This document shows, piece after piece, positions 34,786-47,845 of a DNA stretch of 64,000 bases. Within the stretch, counting starts at the first letter, position 1. Each line of letters begins with the position of its first letter. The stretch is from Lingula anatina (taxonomy: Eukaryota > Animalia > Brachiopoda): positions 930,001 through 994,000 of the forward strand of contig CM120641.1 in the NCBI GenBank assembly GCA_051362555.1, written 5' to 3'. A program made the position numbers and the translations under genes. The notes below the pieces were generated by a model. That model did not search any database. It saw only the letters and a program-made list of their open reading frames with translations, and had not been told where the DNA came from.

Positions 34786-37700
34786 CTAACAGCAGTTGCG
34801 ACACTCCCAGCGTGACTGTTGCAGATTCTCCAGGGCAGATGGCTGGATCCCTTCACATTTCACATGGAACCATTGCAGGCAGTCGTCACATTCGATCCAG
34901 TTTTGGTGTTTGTCGTAGATCTGCCTACAATGACAATATATAGGAAATTTAGAAAATTTTGGTCTAGTATGGTGGCGGTTCTCTGATCTATATGGGAACA
35001 TTTCCAGCTTTCCCCTTTCAAAACACCTGCTGAGATGTTCCCTCATCGCCCTTTGCTCCCAAATGAAGTCCTCAGGTCTTGTTCCAAAGCACAGAGCAGT
35101 TGCATTAGCAATGGCAAAAAGACCACAGTCATTTCCGCCAGTTTGCTCTTGAACGTCTATATGCTCCAAAACAATTTCCTTGGACGGGGCAAAAAGCAAT
35201 GAGGCAACAATCTCAGCAATCTTACCATTAAGTCTGGGGCTTGGTCTGGAATCATACACTTGTACACAATTGCTACTTTTGCTATTGATGTTGGAGAGAG
35301 TAAGCCAATGGGAATTAAGATTAACTATTTGCACAAATGATGAAGTGGGTGTGGATAAGAAATCTTTAACAAACTCTATGGCACAAGTACCATGAAAGCC
35401 CTCTACCTTTGGAAACATATCTGACAAAATTCCATGTGCTAAGTCTATTTCATCACTAGTCAACCAGGCATGTCTTTGACTTAATATTGTTTTAGAAGAA
35501 ATGTCATACCTACTGCATGAAAGATTTTTTCTCCGCTTAAGTGACAAGGAAGGGACCTTACCTTTTCTTTTCATACCTACCCGTCCCTCACCATTGAGGG
35601 CCTTACAATCATCCTCCTCAGTCCTATCTACAAATGCAAATCAAAACATTGAAATGAGCAACCCCATAAAAATACTGAATAATACAAATAACTCTATTCA
35701 TTTACATTAGCAAAACCAAGAGTATTTAACTTGTATTACCAATTACATAAAAGTGTTTATCTCATACTTAACCTATTCAGGAATTGTATATTATTTTTTA
35801 AAGCTTTGCCACAGATTACTTCTTTATTTTGGTTTATTTGTTTGGCTTTTATTCCCTTAACTCATTATCAGGTGAGGTAAATGCCATACTGGCTCTTAAA
35901 TAGTTTTACCAAAGATTTCAGTGAAGCCAGCGCTCAACAAGACCAGCAAAACTGCAATTTTAAGGAGAAAATTGGTTTCAATGGGGACCACTGCTCATAA
36001 ATCAGGTGCCTTTTTACAAACCTTCTGTGTCCTTTGCCCCAGCTCCTGGGTCCTTGGTTCTCACTGGTTCCTGGTTAGCACTAGCCTCAGCTAAAAAAAG
36101 TAAGAATATCAAAGAAAAAAACTTTTTCCCCTAGGACCTTATTGTTGTTCTAAAGAGAAAAAAATGCTCAATACAGCATAGAACAATGCAATAGATCTAA
36201 CAAATAGTTAAAGCTATATTGTTTAGTGGTTGCCTGGTGCTTTATAAAGGATACTGACTTATGTCAGCATAGGTATGAAGGTAATTGTTTTGACACAACC
36301 CTTTTCACAGCCATTGTCAAAAAGGAGTGGTCATAAATCTGTTATATAGACATTCAAATAGTATCTTTCACAGACATCAATAGTTTCAAAATATTAACAG
36401 GCCTCAAATCAGTTCATTCAGGGTCTATCTATTATCTACAAGATCATCAAATTCTTTAATACAAACCTGATGGGTCTTCTGCCCTTACTCCGGAGTCCTC
36501 TTGGTCAGCTGTGGCCTGGGCTGAAAAAAAAAAAACAACAGATTAGTGTATATGACAACAATCTATTTCACTTTACTGGAGCTTTGAAATACACGTCAGA
36601 TCCTTATAATCAAAAAGTGTAAACAGTTAATTTGTTGTACATGACTTCATAAATACTAAAGGCAATATGCACCCAAAGTCTTCATGGCACTTTAGGTGCA
36701 TATTGCCTATTCACTACACAAGATAAAGACAAAATCCAAATACAAAACCTCAAATCAAAACCAATTTACTTTTGAAAAAAATGTGCTGATCCTAAAAGAA
36801 ATGAATGGTTTTAATCATAAAATCTGAGAGATTTTAAAAATCACTAATGCTCATTATCAAGATGCTTTAATACAAACCTGATGGGTTCTCCGTCCTAACT
36901 GGGTCCTCTTGGCCAGCTTGGGCCTGGACTGAAAAGAAACAGACAAATAAGCATACCCAAAAACCTTTTTCTCTTAGGGACCAATGTTTACTGAAAACGT
37001 AACTCACAGTAAAGAAATAAGCATTTACTAAGAAACAATTAACAATGCGTTGCCATATAATTTGGTGCCATGTTTTCTATTCACAAATTTACAAATTCTA
37101 TCTACAGAATAGCAATTATACAAGCAGAAATGTAGCCTGTTACTTTAACTACATCAGCAAAGTTAGCCTAGCATATGATGCTATGATCATGCATTAATGG
37201 AATGAGTAACTAACCTTCTCGGTAAGGTTTCAAATGAATATAAGCCACTTTGGTTTTCAGCTCTTTCCCTTCCAGAGTCTCCAAAGCCACATTCTGTTTC
37301 TGGTCTATGCTTTTTACTCTAAAAGTAATATTATGTGAAATGTATCCAAACAAGCGGCCGTGGTACTATAGAGCTTTAATATTGCATATTTTGACATGCT
37401 GAATTTCTAGCTACATTACATTTGCCCCCACCCCCAATATAGGACCTATAAAATTTGCATCTTAAAGCCAAAATTAAGAGATAACAATATTATATATATA
37501 TATATATAGTACTAACTTTAAAATCATTTACAGTACTGAAAATTGTTGTTCACCCTAGGAAAATCTGCTTTTTTCATCAAAAGAAACAGTTGCTCTTCCT
37601 TTGAATTTTATTTTAATTAAAATTGTGTGAAATGTGACAAACATGTATGCATAGAATAAGTGAACAAGTGAATTATGATTTACCTGTATGGTCCAATCCA

Positions 37701-40700
37701 ATCAGTCTCAAGCTTTGCACCTTTCCGCCCAACCTTATGAAAGTTTTTCTTCAGAACTTTCATTCCTTTTTCGAAGTGAAAGACTACCACATTTTTCCCT
37801 TTTTTTGCCTCATACTGTCTCTTGTATTTGGCTTGTGCCTTTTCTACTTTCTCCATGTACTGAAAATAATGATTTATAGAAATTGTATTCAATAAGGTAA
37901 TACTATGTTTCGGTATTAATAGAAGCAGAATTTAGAATTTTGCTGCATAAACATAAACCATGAACAAAGCCAGCAGGATAAATGAAACTAGATGCAGAAT
38001 ACTGCAGCTGCTGCCATCACTATTCTTTTTACAAATATTCTCAATGTTGCAATATTTTTATGAACAGATTACGACATCTTTTCTTTTCATAAACTTGTTT
38101 GAAACCAAATATTGCTCAATATAAGTGGCTACTCTTTAATCTTTCATGAACCAAAACGTCCCACATGCATACCTTAGCGTGTAACTCAGTAAGTTCCTGG
38201 TGTTGGGATTCCATGTGCACATTATAGTCTTCTTTGCTTGGCATTGTCATTTCCTTCTCAGTATCCACCAACTGCAAATCAGAAATTAATGGATATCAAT
38301 CATGTTTATCAATTAATTTAAATCTTAAGGTGACAATACACTGATTATTGTTTTGGTGAAATACAAGAATATCACTTGTACATACATACCACAGGGCTGA
38401 TATCAAAACGAAAAGATTGCAGGGACTGATACAATCAGAGATGGAGTGACTGCCCATGTGGAAGATAGGCAAGAAATCAGCCAACTACTCACAGATGACC
38501 ATCGACCCATCTCTCTGTCTATATATAAGCAACCACAAACCATTCATGTAAATAAAAATAGTTGGACGGTGACAGCAATTCGGCAGTAAATGTGGGGAAG
38601 TGTTCTATTCAAAAGTAGGGGGTTTGGGAGGGGAACATGAACAATTTCCATTTGTATGTATGACAAATAATGCACAGTAACCTCCTCGACCAATATACAC
38701 GATGGCATGCCTTGCTGTCGCTCGGCATACTTTAATGTATATCGTGCTCATTGACAGTGCATTATTTAGTACATAATATGCCAGCAAGGTCAAGATTCAT
38801 CATATCTAATATCTTGAAAGTAGATTTGCATTTTATATTGAAGGGTTTTGGGTTGTTAATATTTTCTTATCATAGCATGATTTGCACAAAGCTCTAGCCT
38901 TAGTCTACTCAAATAGTTTTTGGAACCAGTGCTGAAAATAAGCTCACAAGGACAGTGACGTCCTTGCACAATGCTAATGTATGCATATTATTTACCTCGC
39001 ATGGCAGCCGAGCCTCCCTGTGGAACATAAGGAAAAATGGCGAGTATCCCGTGGCGCAGTGTGGTGCTATCCGATAGGCGAAAGTCACTGGCTCTAAATA
39101 TCGCTCCCAATCATCTTGTCGCTCACTTATGACTTTGGATAGTGACGCCTTCAGTGTTTGATTAAAACGCTCGTCTAAGCCATTAGTCTGAGGGTGGTAT
39201 GCTGCAGTCATCTTATGTTTTATACCCCACTCCTTGAGAAGGTCATCTACCAGCTACAGAAAAATATTTTATGTAAAAATGGGTATTTATGTATCTGGGC
39301 AATTAAATTTTTGCATTGGGCGATGTTAGGCTTATCTTTCCAAATACCTCATTTCAGTGATGCATTAAACAGTTTACATTAATGATAAAAAATGATTATA
39401 TTTGAGAAGAGTAGGCTTTCAATATTACATATACTTTAACCTGATAGGTACAGAAATAGATATCACTGGTTATCAGTTACAAATTTACAGACATGCCAAC
39501 AAGATTGAAGCCAATGTTCACCCTAAAACCTTGAACATTTTGACATAACATCGTCAGTGATCGTATCCTTTCCATTTCCCAATCTATGCTAAAGACTTTA
39601 AAATATTGCAAAGACATTTACCTCATTACAAAATTCCGACCCCTGGTCAGTTAGTAGTTTTTCTGGGGCTCCCATTCTGAGAAAATAAAAAACATCACTT
39701 TAACTTAAGCATATAAATATGTGTTAAACAACAAACGTGAAGTGTCTAGAGACATGTTTGGCAGATATTAAAGGGATAATGACTCTTTGTATGATATCTA
39801 TATTTCACAATAAAAACATTGGGAACAACTCAAAGAAATATAATAAATTCTGTTTTAACACAAAAACGGCAGTTATAGCTATTATTCTGATAAGCTTGTT
39901 TTCAGATCATGTGACCTTCACTGATAACTGACATTTTAACAAAAAACCAAACTTTTAAGAAAAAAAGGGGACTAACGTTGAATGTAAAAATTGATTCATT
40001 AACCTTTGGTAAGTATCGAAAAATTTATGTTTACTCAAGGAAAATCCATTTTTTGACCAAAAGGAAGAGTTAATATCCCTTTAAGTTAATACCACCTATT
40101 AAACTTATTTTGTTTATTACTATCTTTACTACCTTCCACAGATTTCCAGTCCATGAACCAAATATGTGATTCATACATTTAATATGTTTTGGCACTTCAA
40201 CTTAACAATGTAACATATGCACAAAGCTATTTAATTTTAAAAAGCATGTGTTATTTATGCTAAAGTGAACAGACACTTGTCACTTGCAAGAATGTCAATA
40301 GCATAGTGATACAAATTACTGTTAAATATATAGACTTTCAACTGAATAAAATTTAACTTACAACTATAAGTGTATTTTAATTAAAATGATTTACTGATTT
40401 CAAATTTAATCTCCCAGATTACATTTTGGTGAAATGAACATACCTGTAAAATATAGAAGAAAGAACCTTGGCCACACTTGCTGCATCCTTTGAAGGAATT
40501 GGGTACGTTTCTGTCCACTTTGTATAGTAGTCAGACAAGGTGAGGACATACCTATTGCCATTCTCAGACAATGGCAGAGGGCCTATTAGGTCAATGCCAA
40601 CCATCTCCCATTTCCCAACAACCTTTATTGGCTGCAAGACTGGCGCCTCTGTTCTTATTTTCTCTGAATACTGACATTTGTCGCACATTTTTATCTGCAA

Positions 40701-41914
40701 AATGCAATAAAATGCACATATATCACAAATAATGAATTGGTGGCTCATGCCAATCAAATTGGAATAATCAATCTTGTAGGACATCTTGTAAGGGAGGTTT
40801 GCAAACCAATTAGAATCGAAATCCAACAAATAGAAAGTTTGTCTTTAGGTTAAATTTGCACATTTTGCTTTAGCATTTTTTCACCCAACACACCACTTGT
40901 GTTAAATTAATTTTATGTTACAAATTCAAATCATATAAACTCTTTTTCTCCCTTTCCAAACAAGACTAAGGTCTAAAAAAAGTGTTACCCAAAATCACCA
41001 ATACTTCTTTTATAAAGATCAATCTACATACCCAATTGTTGATGCATGTAACCATGCTTCTCCAATAAAAACGGCTCTCTATTTTCCCCAGGGTCTTCTT
41101 CTGCCCAAAATGGCCTCCCATTGGAGAATCGTGACATTCGCGAAAGATGTCCTTCTTTTTCTCGTCATCAAACACTACTAGTCTCTTTCCACCATTCTTG
41201 ATGTAATACATATCTGACCCTGAAAATAAAGAAAAAACAACTCAATTCTACTATTAACAAGATAACTGAAGATTTTCGGTCTAAAAAAATACCAACTTGA
41301 AATGGTGCACATTTGTCAATACCAGTACTTTGTGGATAAACAGAAAACAGAAACTATGGGATATACGAGCAAACAAGCTGCTATGATGAACCTTTTCATC
41401 AGAAACATTTGTTTCTGTTTCATGTTCAGAAATGGAAATTGCCTTAATTGGACAGCAAATGCATAGTGAACATGCAACAAAAGGCACCAGTTACAAAAAA
41501 GTTTCAGACATGGCTGATGTTGTATGAAGTTTGTTTTAACTGCAAAGTTTGCTAGATATAAATTTTATATTTCATAGATTAATATTATATTATATTTCAA
41601 TGTACTTTTTTCAATTTCTCACAGATTTTAATTTATCTCATACCACAGGCTAAACTTGTTAATGTTAGGGAATTAGGTCATGCTTATAACATATCAAAAT
41701 AACAGAACAGGTATTCCAAAAGAAAGTTACATTTGCATATTAAACCACAATTCATACAAGTGAAAAAAACTGTCACCCTCTTACCTTCGCATATAAAATT
41801 CTTGGCCATCCTTCTAACTGATGCCTTGTGGTTGGCACTCCAAGTAGCATCTCCTTTCCTCTCCTGTAGATATTGAAACACATCCTCTAGATCAACTAAG
41901 CTGCGTTCTGCCAT
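34786..41914 (-). CDS. Ginger1 transposase: H2C2 zinc finger, DDE integrase core, GPY/F, Ulp1-like cysteine protease, PHD finger (~758 aa, 12 exons)
   Basis: Exons 41914-41785, 41219-41032, 40694-40444, 39676-39622, 39253-38996, 38271-38173, 37859-37684, 37318-37215, 36928-36878, 36520-36467, 36090-36022 and 35627-34786 total 2277 nt with no stop or frameshift. Motifs: CHDSPMGGHFG..CDKCQ, GIDLIGP (D), TDQGSEF (D), YHPQTNGLDER (E), WIGPY, HWL..YDS..QEQTGGNDCGLF (Ulp1 triad), YCHC..WIECDDCLQWFHVKC..WECRNC (PHD). Confidence 0.92.
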
Positions 41915-42658
41915 GACTGAAAGTAGTATGAGTAACAAGAACTCTGTAAAACAGATTCTGGTAAAATCCAACACTCCTGAAGACAGCAGGTGAATTAGTG
42001 ACAAGAAGTCTCAAAATGCACTCCTTTTATACAGACTGAGAACAGGTCTTTCATCTGATGAAAATGATTGACAGTCACTGGAGATAGCTAGGGCATAATT
42101 ACAAGTAACTGAACTTCACCACTTCAACTGGACAATGCAAGAAGCCATTCAATCTTGCTTATCATCATCTAAAGATATCCTTTAAAATCACCTGGTAAAT
42201 GTCACCTGGATTTGATGAAAAAAGTGAACTGAATTAAAGAATCAATCAGGAAATTAGAATAGACATTTAATGTCATGCAAATATGAACTTTTTCCTTTAA
42301 CACAAATCAATCAAACAAGAATATGTAATAAGGGTGATGCTCATTTGTAAAATAAAATTAAGTTTAATAAAACCTTGTAATTGGTTCATAAATTGAGCCA
42401 ACTGTTGATTGACTAAAGAAAGAACAATTATTTCATGAAATGACCACTTCCTTATAAAAACCATGACAACACTGGTTAATACCTTTAATTAGTTGTGAAT
42501 ATTTTACCTCAACCATGATCAAAATGCATTGATATATGACCTCAGTGTGGAAAGCATGAATAGTATGCTTTTCTCATCCCTAAAGAGCCCTGATTTAGAA
42601 ATGTAAGTGTTGTGGAAGATTCACCTTAACAAAGAAAGTAATCAAAATTAAATTAATT

Positions 42659-43492
42659 CAGAGCATGGGACCCTATAATATGTGACAAGCAGGTCTAGAA
42701 TCTGATAACACTGATTGACAGATATGGAGATTAGCTCTCAATTAAAGGTAACCTGTGCTTAATTAACCTAGTAAAGTAATTTAACTCAACTGTTTCAGCT
42801 GAACAATGCACGAAGCCATCCAGCCCTGAATCTTGAAATCAAAAGGTTTAAAAAAAAACAGCTGAAATTCTTTCAAATTGTGACCTGGATGTAGTAAGAA
42901 AATGAATAACTTATTTTGTAACATGGTTTTGACATTCACAAAGATAAATGTTATCAATTCATCTATTTCTACACTACCTGCCTGAAAGTGGTTGAAGTAT
43001 ATACAATTTTGACATATCTCCGTCATTTAAGGAGACTAAGAAATAAGGCACCTATAGTGAAATATAATAATTTCTTCTTTGAATAACAGTAATAATGGAA
43101 AAGGAGTTATTTCTTTAAGGTAGGAATTTTAGGCCTATCAAATGTGTAAATATGCAGAAAACAATATGCTTATTGGTACTTCTAATTTTATTTCTAATTT
43201 TGGAACTGAAAGAATATCTCCAGGTTTAACTGGCCACATGACAAAAGCACAAAATTGTACATGTCAAGAGACACATACACAAATACAGAGCATGGGACCC
43301 TATAATATGTGACAAGCAGGTCTAGATTCTGATGACACTGATTTAACAGATGTGGAGATTAGCACTCAATTAAAGGTAACTTGTGCTTAATTAACCTAGT
43401 AAAGTAATTTAACTCTCAACTGTTTCAGCTGAACAATGCATGAAGCCATCCAGCCCCGAATCTTGAAATCAAAAGGTTTAAAACAGACAGCT
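42659..43492. repeat. ~205-bp direct duplication upstream of the transposase ATG (42659-42862 and 43286-43492)
   Basis: CAGAGCATGGGACCCTATAATATGTGACAAGCAGGTCTAGA...TCTTGAAATCAAAAGGTTTAAAA occurs twice; a weaker third relative lies at about 42105-42160. Confidence 0.88.
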
Positions 43493-45917
43493 GTAGTTTT
43501 CCACCTTTCCCCTAAATAGAAGAAACATACATACGGCACATTTCATAGTGCTAAATTTCAATTACGCATAAACTAACTTTTCCAAGATAAAAATTTGAAA
43601 TGATCACAACTGTTTATTTGAAATTAATATATCATAATAAAAACACAGTTAATATCTCATAAAAATACTTTACATTCTATTTTACCACCAAAACAGGCTT
43701 TTCTCATGCTGACCAATTGTTTATGAATCCGCTCCAACATTCACAGTTAGTCCAGGATTTTTTTTCCAAAAGTATGATTAACTGTAACAAGCACTTATGT
43801 AATAATATTAATCTCAAACTTACAGCAGTAATCCCTTTCAACGTTAAAAAAAATTAAACTTTTTTTAAAAAAAGATGTACTTCACTAACTTTGAATGTCA
43901 TAATAGATTATAAACTGATGGTAGGTATAAAAAAAAAAAAACATCTTTTGCCCCCCAAAAATTCCCTTTTGGACAGAATGAACAGTTTTTCACCCTTTAT
44001 AAAAACTTGCAAACACTTACCATTTACATTTTTTCAGGTTATCCACAATAAGATTGTCCAGTGGGAAGCCTCCGCCTTCCTTATCAGTCATTTTAACAGG
44101 CATAACTACAAAAAACAAAGTTAATCAACTGATATATTTCACTTTCATTTATAAACACATGTGACTCAATAACCAAAAGTATGGAAATTACGGCATTTGT
44201 TGTGACAGAGTTATATTTTCTTATGATTAATTTTTGGTTAAATTTTGTTTCAGACTTTGGTCAGAATAATATCTATTTTTTTTACTGCAAACAAGGCTTG
44301 GCGAATCAAAATGAATGTATACAAAAATACACCAAAATGAATTGTATTTATTGGGTTCTACAAATGGATACAAGGCACACTGCATACCCATCTTGCCTCA
44401 GGATTTCTGTTGTATTAAATGTTGGAAAGAATTAACTGTACTGCAGTATAAGGTTGTAATAGAAAACGTAAGCACGATACAATAAATGAGAACATGAAGT
44501 GATACAACCAATAAAAATCCAAGATTCGGCTTTCCATGTGTGAATATCTTCTTGAGCACATCTCATTCCTGAAGTAAAATAATTCTCAAATGTTAGCCAA
44601 TGATATGAACAATACAAGTAGATTCAGCAAAAGTTACAGACATGGTAATTTGCAAGAGAACACCCACTTCAGTTATTTAAGTAGAAAAACATACCTTTCG
44701 TCATTATACAGTTATCAGTAGAAAAATACACTTCTAAGCCTCAAAACAACCATGTTTAAAAAATGGAAGAGACTCTTGGCTGATATCTTTCTTATCAATG
44801 TAAAGATATTTATTACTTAGATAGTTTGATAACAATTTAAAATATTGTGTTCCAGGTTGAAATATTTACCATGATACTGCATCCATATGTGGCTTGTAAT
44901 TCCAACAGAATTTTCTAAAATCTAAAAAACAATTGTGGTCCTTTTAAATATAAGAGTTATAGGTGAACTGCCTACTGCTTGGCAGACAAGCTAAGAGAGA
45001 TCTAGTCACTGGATAGCCATTACTTACTCTTGTACACATTTGGGGTAGGTGACTGCTGCATTCTTTCTAATGAAGATTGGAATGGGGGATCACACATGTA
45101 CGCAGATGTTACTGAAAGCAACAGAAAAAAGAGACTTTCAAAATATTGCTATTCCAATAGCAAGCTGTGTGGATACAGCCTTAGCTTATGGTAAGGCCAT
45201 GCACTGAACCTCAAAGCACAGAGAAACAAATACTCACAACAATCTTTATCTAATGAAAACTTTTTGTCTAGCTTGAGAATAATTTAATATAGTGTGAAGA
45301 CTATTTTAGTTAAATATAATATCATAACATTAACAGTAGAATTATGTTTCAGAAGTTTTAGTGTGGTAAATTTTTTGCAATATCCACTAATTAGTCCATA
45401 ATATTAAAAATAATTCAAAACTTCTGGGCATCATGAAGGCTTAAAAAATTGTAAATTATGTGACTGTCTCAGCAGTGCTGTCACAGCAATCTCAGTGCAG
45501 TGGTCTCTTCAATACAGTTTTCATCTGGAAGAGACAAAAAAAAATTATTATTTTTGCATGTGTATGTGTTTGTGCATGCATGGGTGTATGTGCTTGAGTG
45601 TGTTTGTATAGTATGTAATTTTTGTGTGCACATAACTTAACATGTATTGACACAGTCTTCGGGTGAAAATATGAATGTTATTGTCTATATTAACAATGAG
45701 ACGCACTAATATCGATCTTTAAACAATTAACTTATGAGAAATCATTGAAACACAGGAATTTTAGAAATTTTTTCCAAGTATTATGCTTTATTTACAAGTG
45801 ATAAGACTTGAAATCTTGCCCCAGACAGACATAGCATTGTATCTAATTCGGGGGACTGCTTCCTATGGATATATTAATTTAGTATTATAATATTCAAAGA
45901 TGCTCTATGTAGGACAG

Positions 45918-46075
45918 GAGGGCGTCTCAATAGTCAGAAGGTTCATTGGTCCGAAAAGTGGTAACATTTTCATCGATTTTTTGTTCAAGGGTTCATTGGT
46001 CCGAAGGTTCTATAGGGAATGTTCAGACCAATGAACCTTCGGACTATTGAACCTTCAGATTATTGCTACAGCCCC
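45918..46075. mobile_element. Nested 158-bp MITE with 8-bp TSD inside the Ginger element
   Basis: Flanked by the direct repeat TAGGACAG (45910-45917, 46076-46083); internal inverted subrepeats GAAGGTTCATTGGTC / GACCAATGAACCTTC. Confidence 0.8.
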
Positions 46076-47263
46076 TAGGACAGATCATGTGTTATTTAAA
46101 TAGCTAATGAATTTTTATTGTTATGTATAGGCATATTAAGAATGCAGTTAGTTCACAGATCAAATATGGCAATACTTGAAAGTATGCTGCACAATATCCT
46201 GACAATTAATAATGTACTAGTACTATAGTAAAAGATTCCCAGCCTCACATGTGCATTGTCCTAGCTAGCATAGGCAGAGTAATAAAATCTGGGCATGGAC
46301 ATGCTATATCTGCCTACAGAATGTGCCTTATGTGATAGCTTATATTTAAAACTAAATGGAGTATTCAGTATCTCCTTCTCAAATTTTACAGATTACATTT
46401 AACATTGGATTTTGTGAAGTTTATAGAGTGCCTAACAACACTGTTGATATTAGATGAGTCATAAAGCACCTTAGGAAATGCTTACCAATTTACATTAGCC
46501 TGTTTCACAAAACTTACTGGTGTGCCTACAGTATACATGTATATCTTCTCAAGAAACTTCTTCACTGTTAGTTGCTCTCCACACATGCTGCTTCTTCACT
46601 GTTGGTCTTCTAAAACATTCTTAATTTGGAAAATTGTTAGCCATGTCACTATACTGAAAAAAAATTTGAAACAGAAAAAAAGAAGAATAGTAATCAAACA
46701 GCTACTGGTATATTATTTCGGACACCAGCCTACACAGCAATGTAACCTAAATAAAGTACCTAAAACATTGTTTGGATCACTTGTTTTTATCTGAAACTCA
46801 AACTGCAATAAGAAGACATAAAACAGTACCTTTTTTAGTCTGTCACTTTATTATAAACTTACAATGAAAATCTTTTTGTATCTTTCTTACTACGTGGGTC
46901 GTACAAAACAGGCATCGACACTATCAAAATCCCTAAAATATCACTTTTGCATATATCCATTTAACTTGATATGCACACCAAGTCAAGAAGTGATCTTTCA
47001 TCACCTATGGAATACTTTTAATTGGTCAATACACCCTAAAAATATCAAATTCAGAGTTTGGAAAAATAATTCATCAAATCAAGGGCGACCAGACTCAAAC
47101 AATTTACAAAGTCGCTGAATTATCAAATATAAATAAACGTTTCAACAAATATATATATTTAAAAAATCAGAAATTGATCTGTACTCACCAATGGGTTGCA
47201 TTTCGTTGGTCATTGTACCCCCAAATATCTTAAATTCGGAGTTTGAAAAAAATGTTTTACAAA

Positions 47264-47370
47264 TCGGACGTATTTTCGCAGCCGGAAGTTTCGGTAGCCA
47301 TTTTGTGCGCAAAAGCCCAATGCGCATCCAAAACGTACCTATTTTGGCAAGGACTTGTTTTTGCAAAACA
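47264..47370 (-). repeat. Right terminal region of the Ginger element (TIR motifs plus probable promoter)
   Basis: Reverse complement TGTTTTGCAAAAACAAGTCCTTGCCAAAATAGGTACG...GCTGCGAAAATACGTCCG matches the left-end motifs; includes ETS-like CCGGAAGT and YY1-like AAAATGGC. Confidence 0.85.
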
Positions 47371-47813
47371 CCGGAAGTATACTACAAATGAAAGTAACAA
47401 TCCTCCGATATGTTCACAAACTGGTTAGTTATTTTGTCAAGACAAGAGCAACACTAAGTTCTAAGACGAACACAACATACTCACACTGTACTGTACCAAC
47501 TTACACTGCACCAACTATTAAAACTACGTATGTAGTGGATTTTCAAGAAATAAACTTCAACATTAGCAGTTACAAACAGCAGCATGTATATTTACAAGTA
47601 CATGTATGTTTATATGGACTTTTTTGTAATCAATGCACCAAACAAATGCACAGAAATTGTGATAATGTACAATACAATGAATACGAAAATAATGTGACCA
47701 TAATGCAAATTTATAGCTAAAAAAATTCCGTTCTTGAAACAATTTTAAGTATATTTGCTGAGATTGGTTATGCTTGTAGTCTCTAGCAATGTCTTCACAA
47801 ATGAAAACGAAAC

Positions 47814-47845
<32 letters not shown>

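Larger units (their letters stand above)
29190..47370 (-). mobile_element. Full-length Ginger1-type DNA transposon (gypsy-integrase-related cut-and-paste element), 18,181 bp
   Basis: Ends CCGG|TGTTGTGCCAAAATAGGTACGCTGCCAAAATAGGTACG ... CGTACCTATTTTGGCAAGGACTTGTTTTTGCAAAACA|CCGG: imperfect TIRs with TGT..ACA termini and a 4-bp CCGG TSD (29186-29189, 47371-47374). Encloses an intron-containing integrase gene with no RT, RNase H, Gag or LTR. Confidence 0.93.

Noticed and set aside
37680-41914. Gypsy LTR retrotransposon or domesticated host GIN1/GIN2 gene
   Set aside because: No RT, RNase H, Gag or LTRs; the gene has spliceosomal introns and sits between TIRs with a CCGG TSD, which fits a Ginger DNA transposon.
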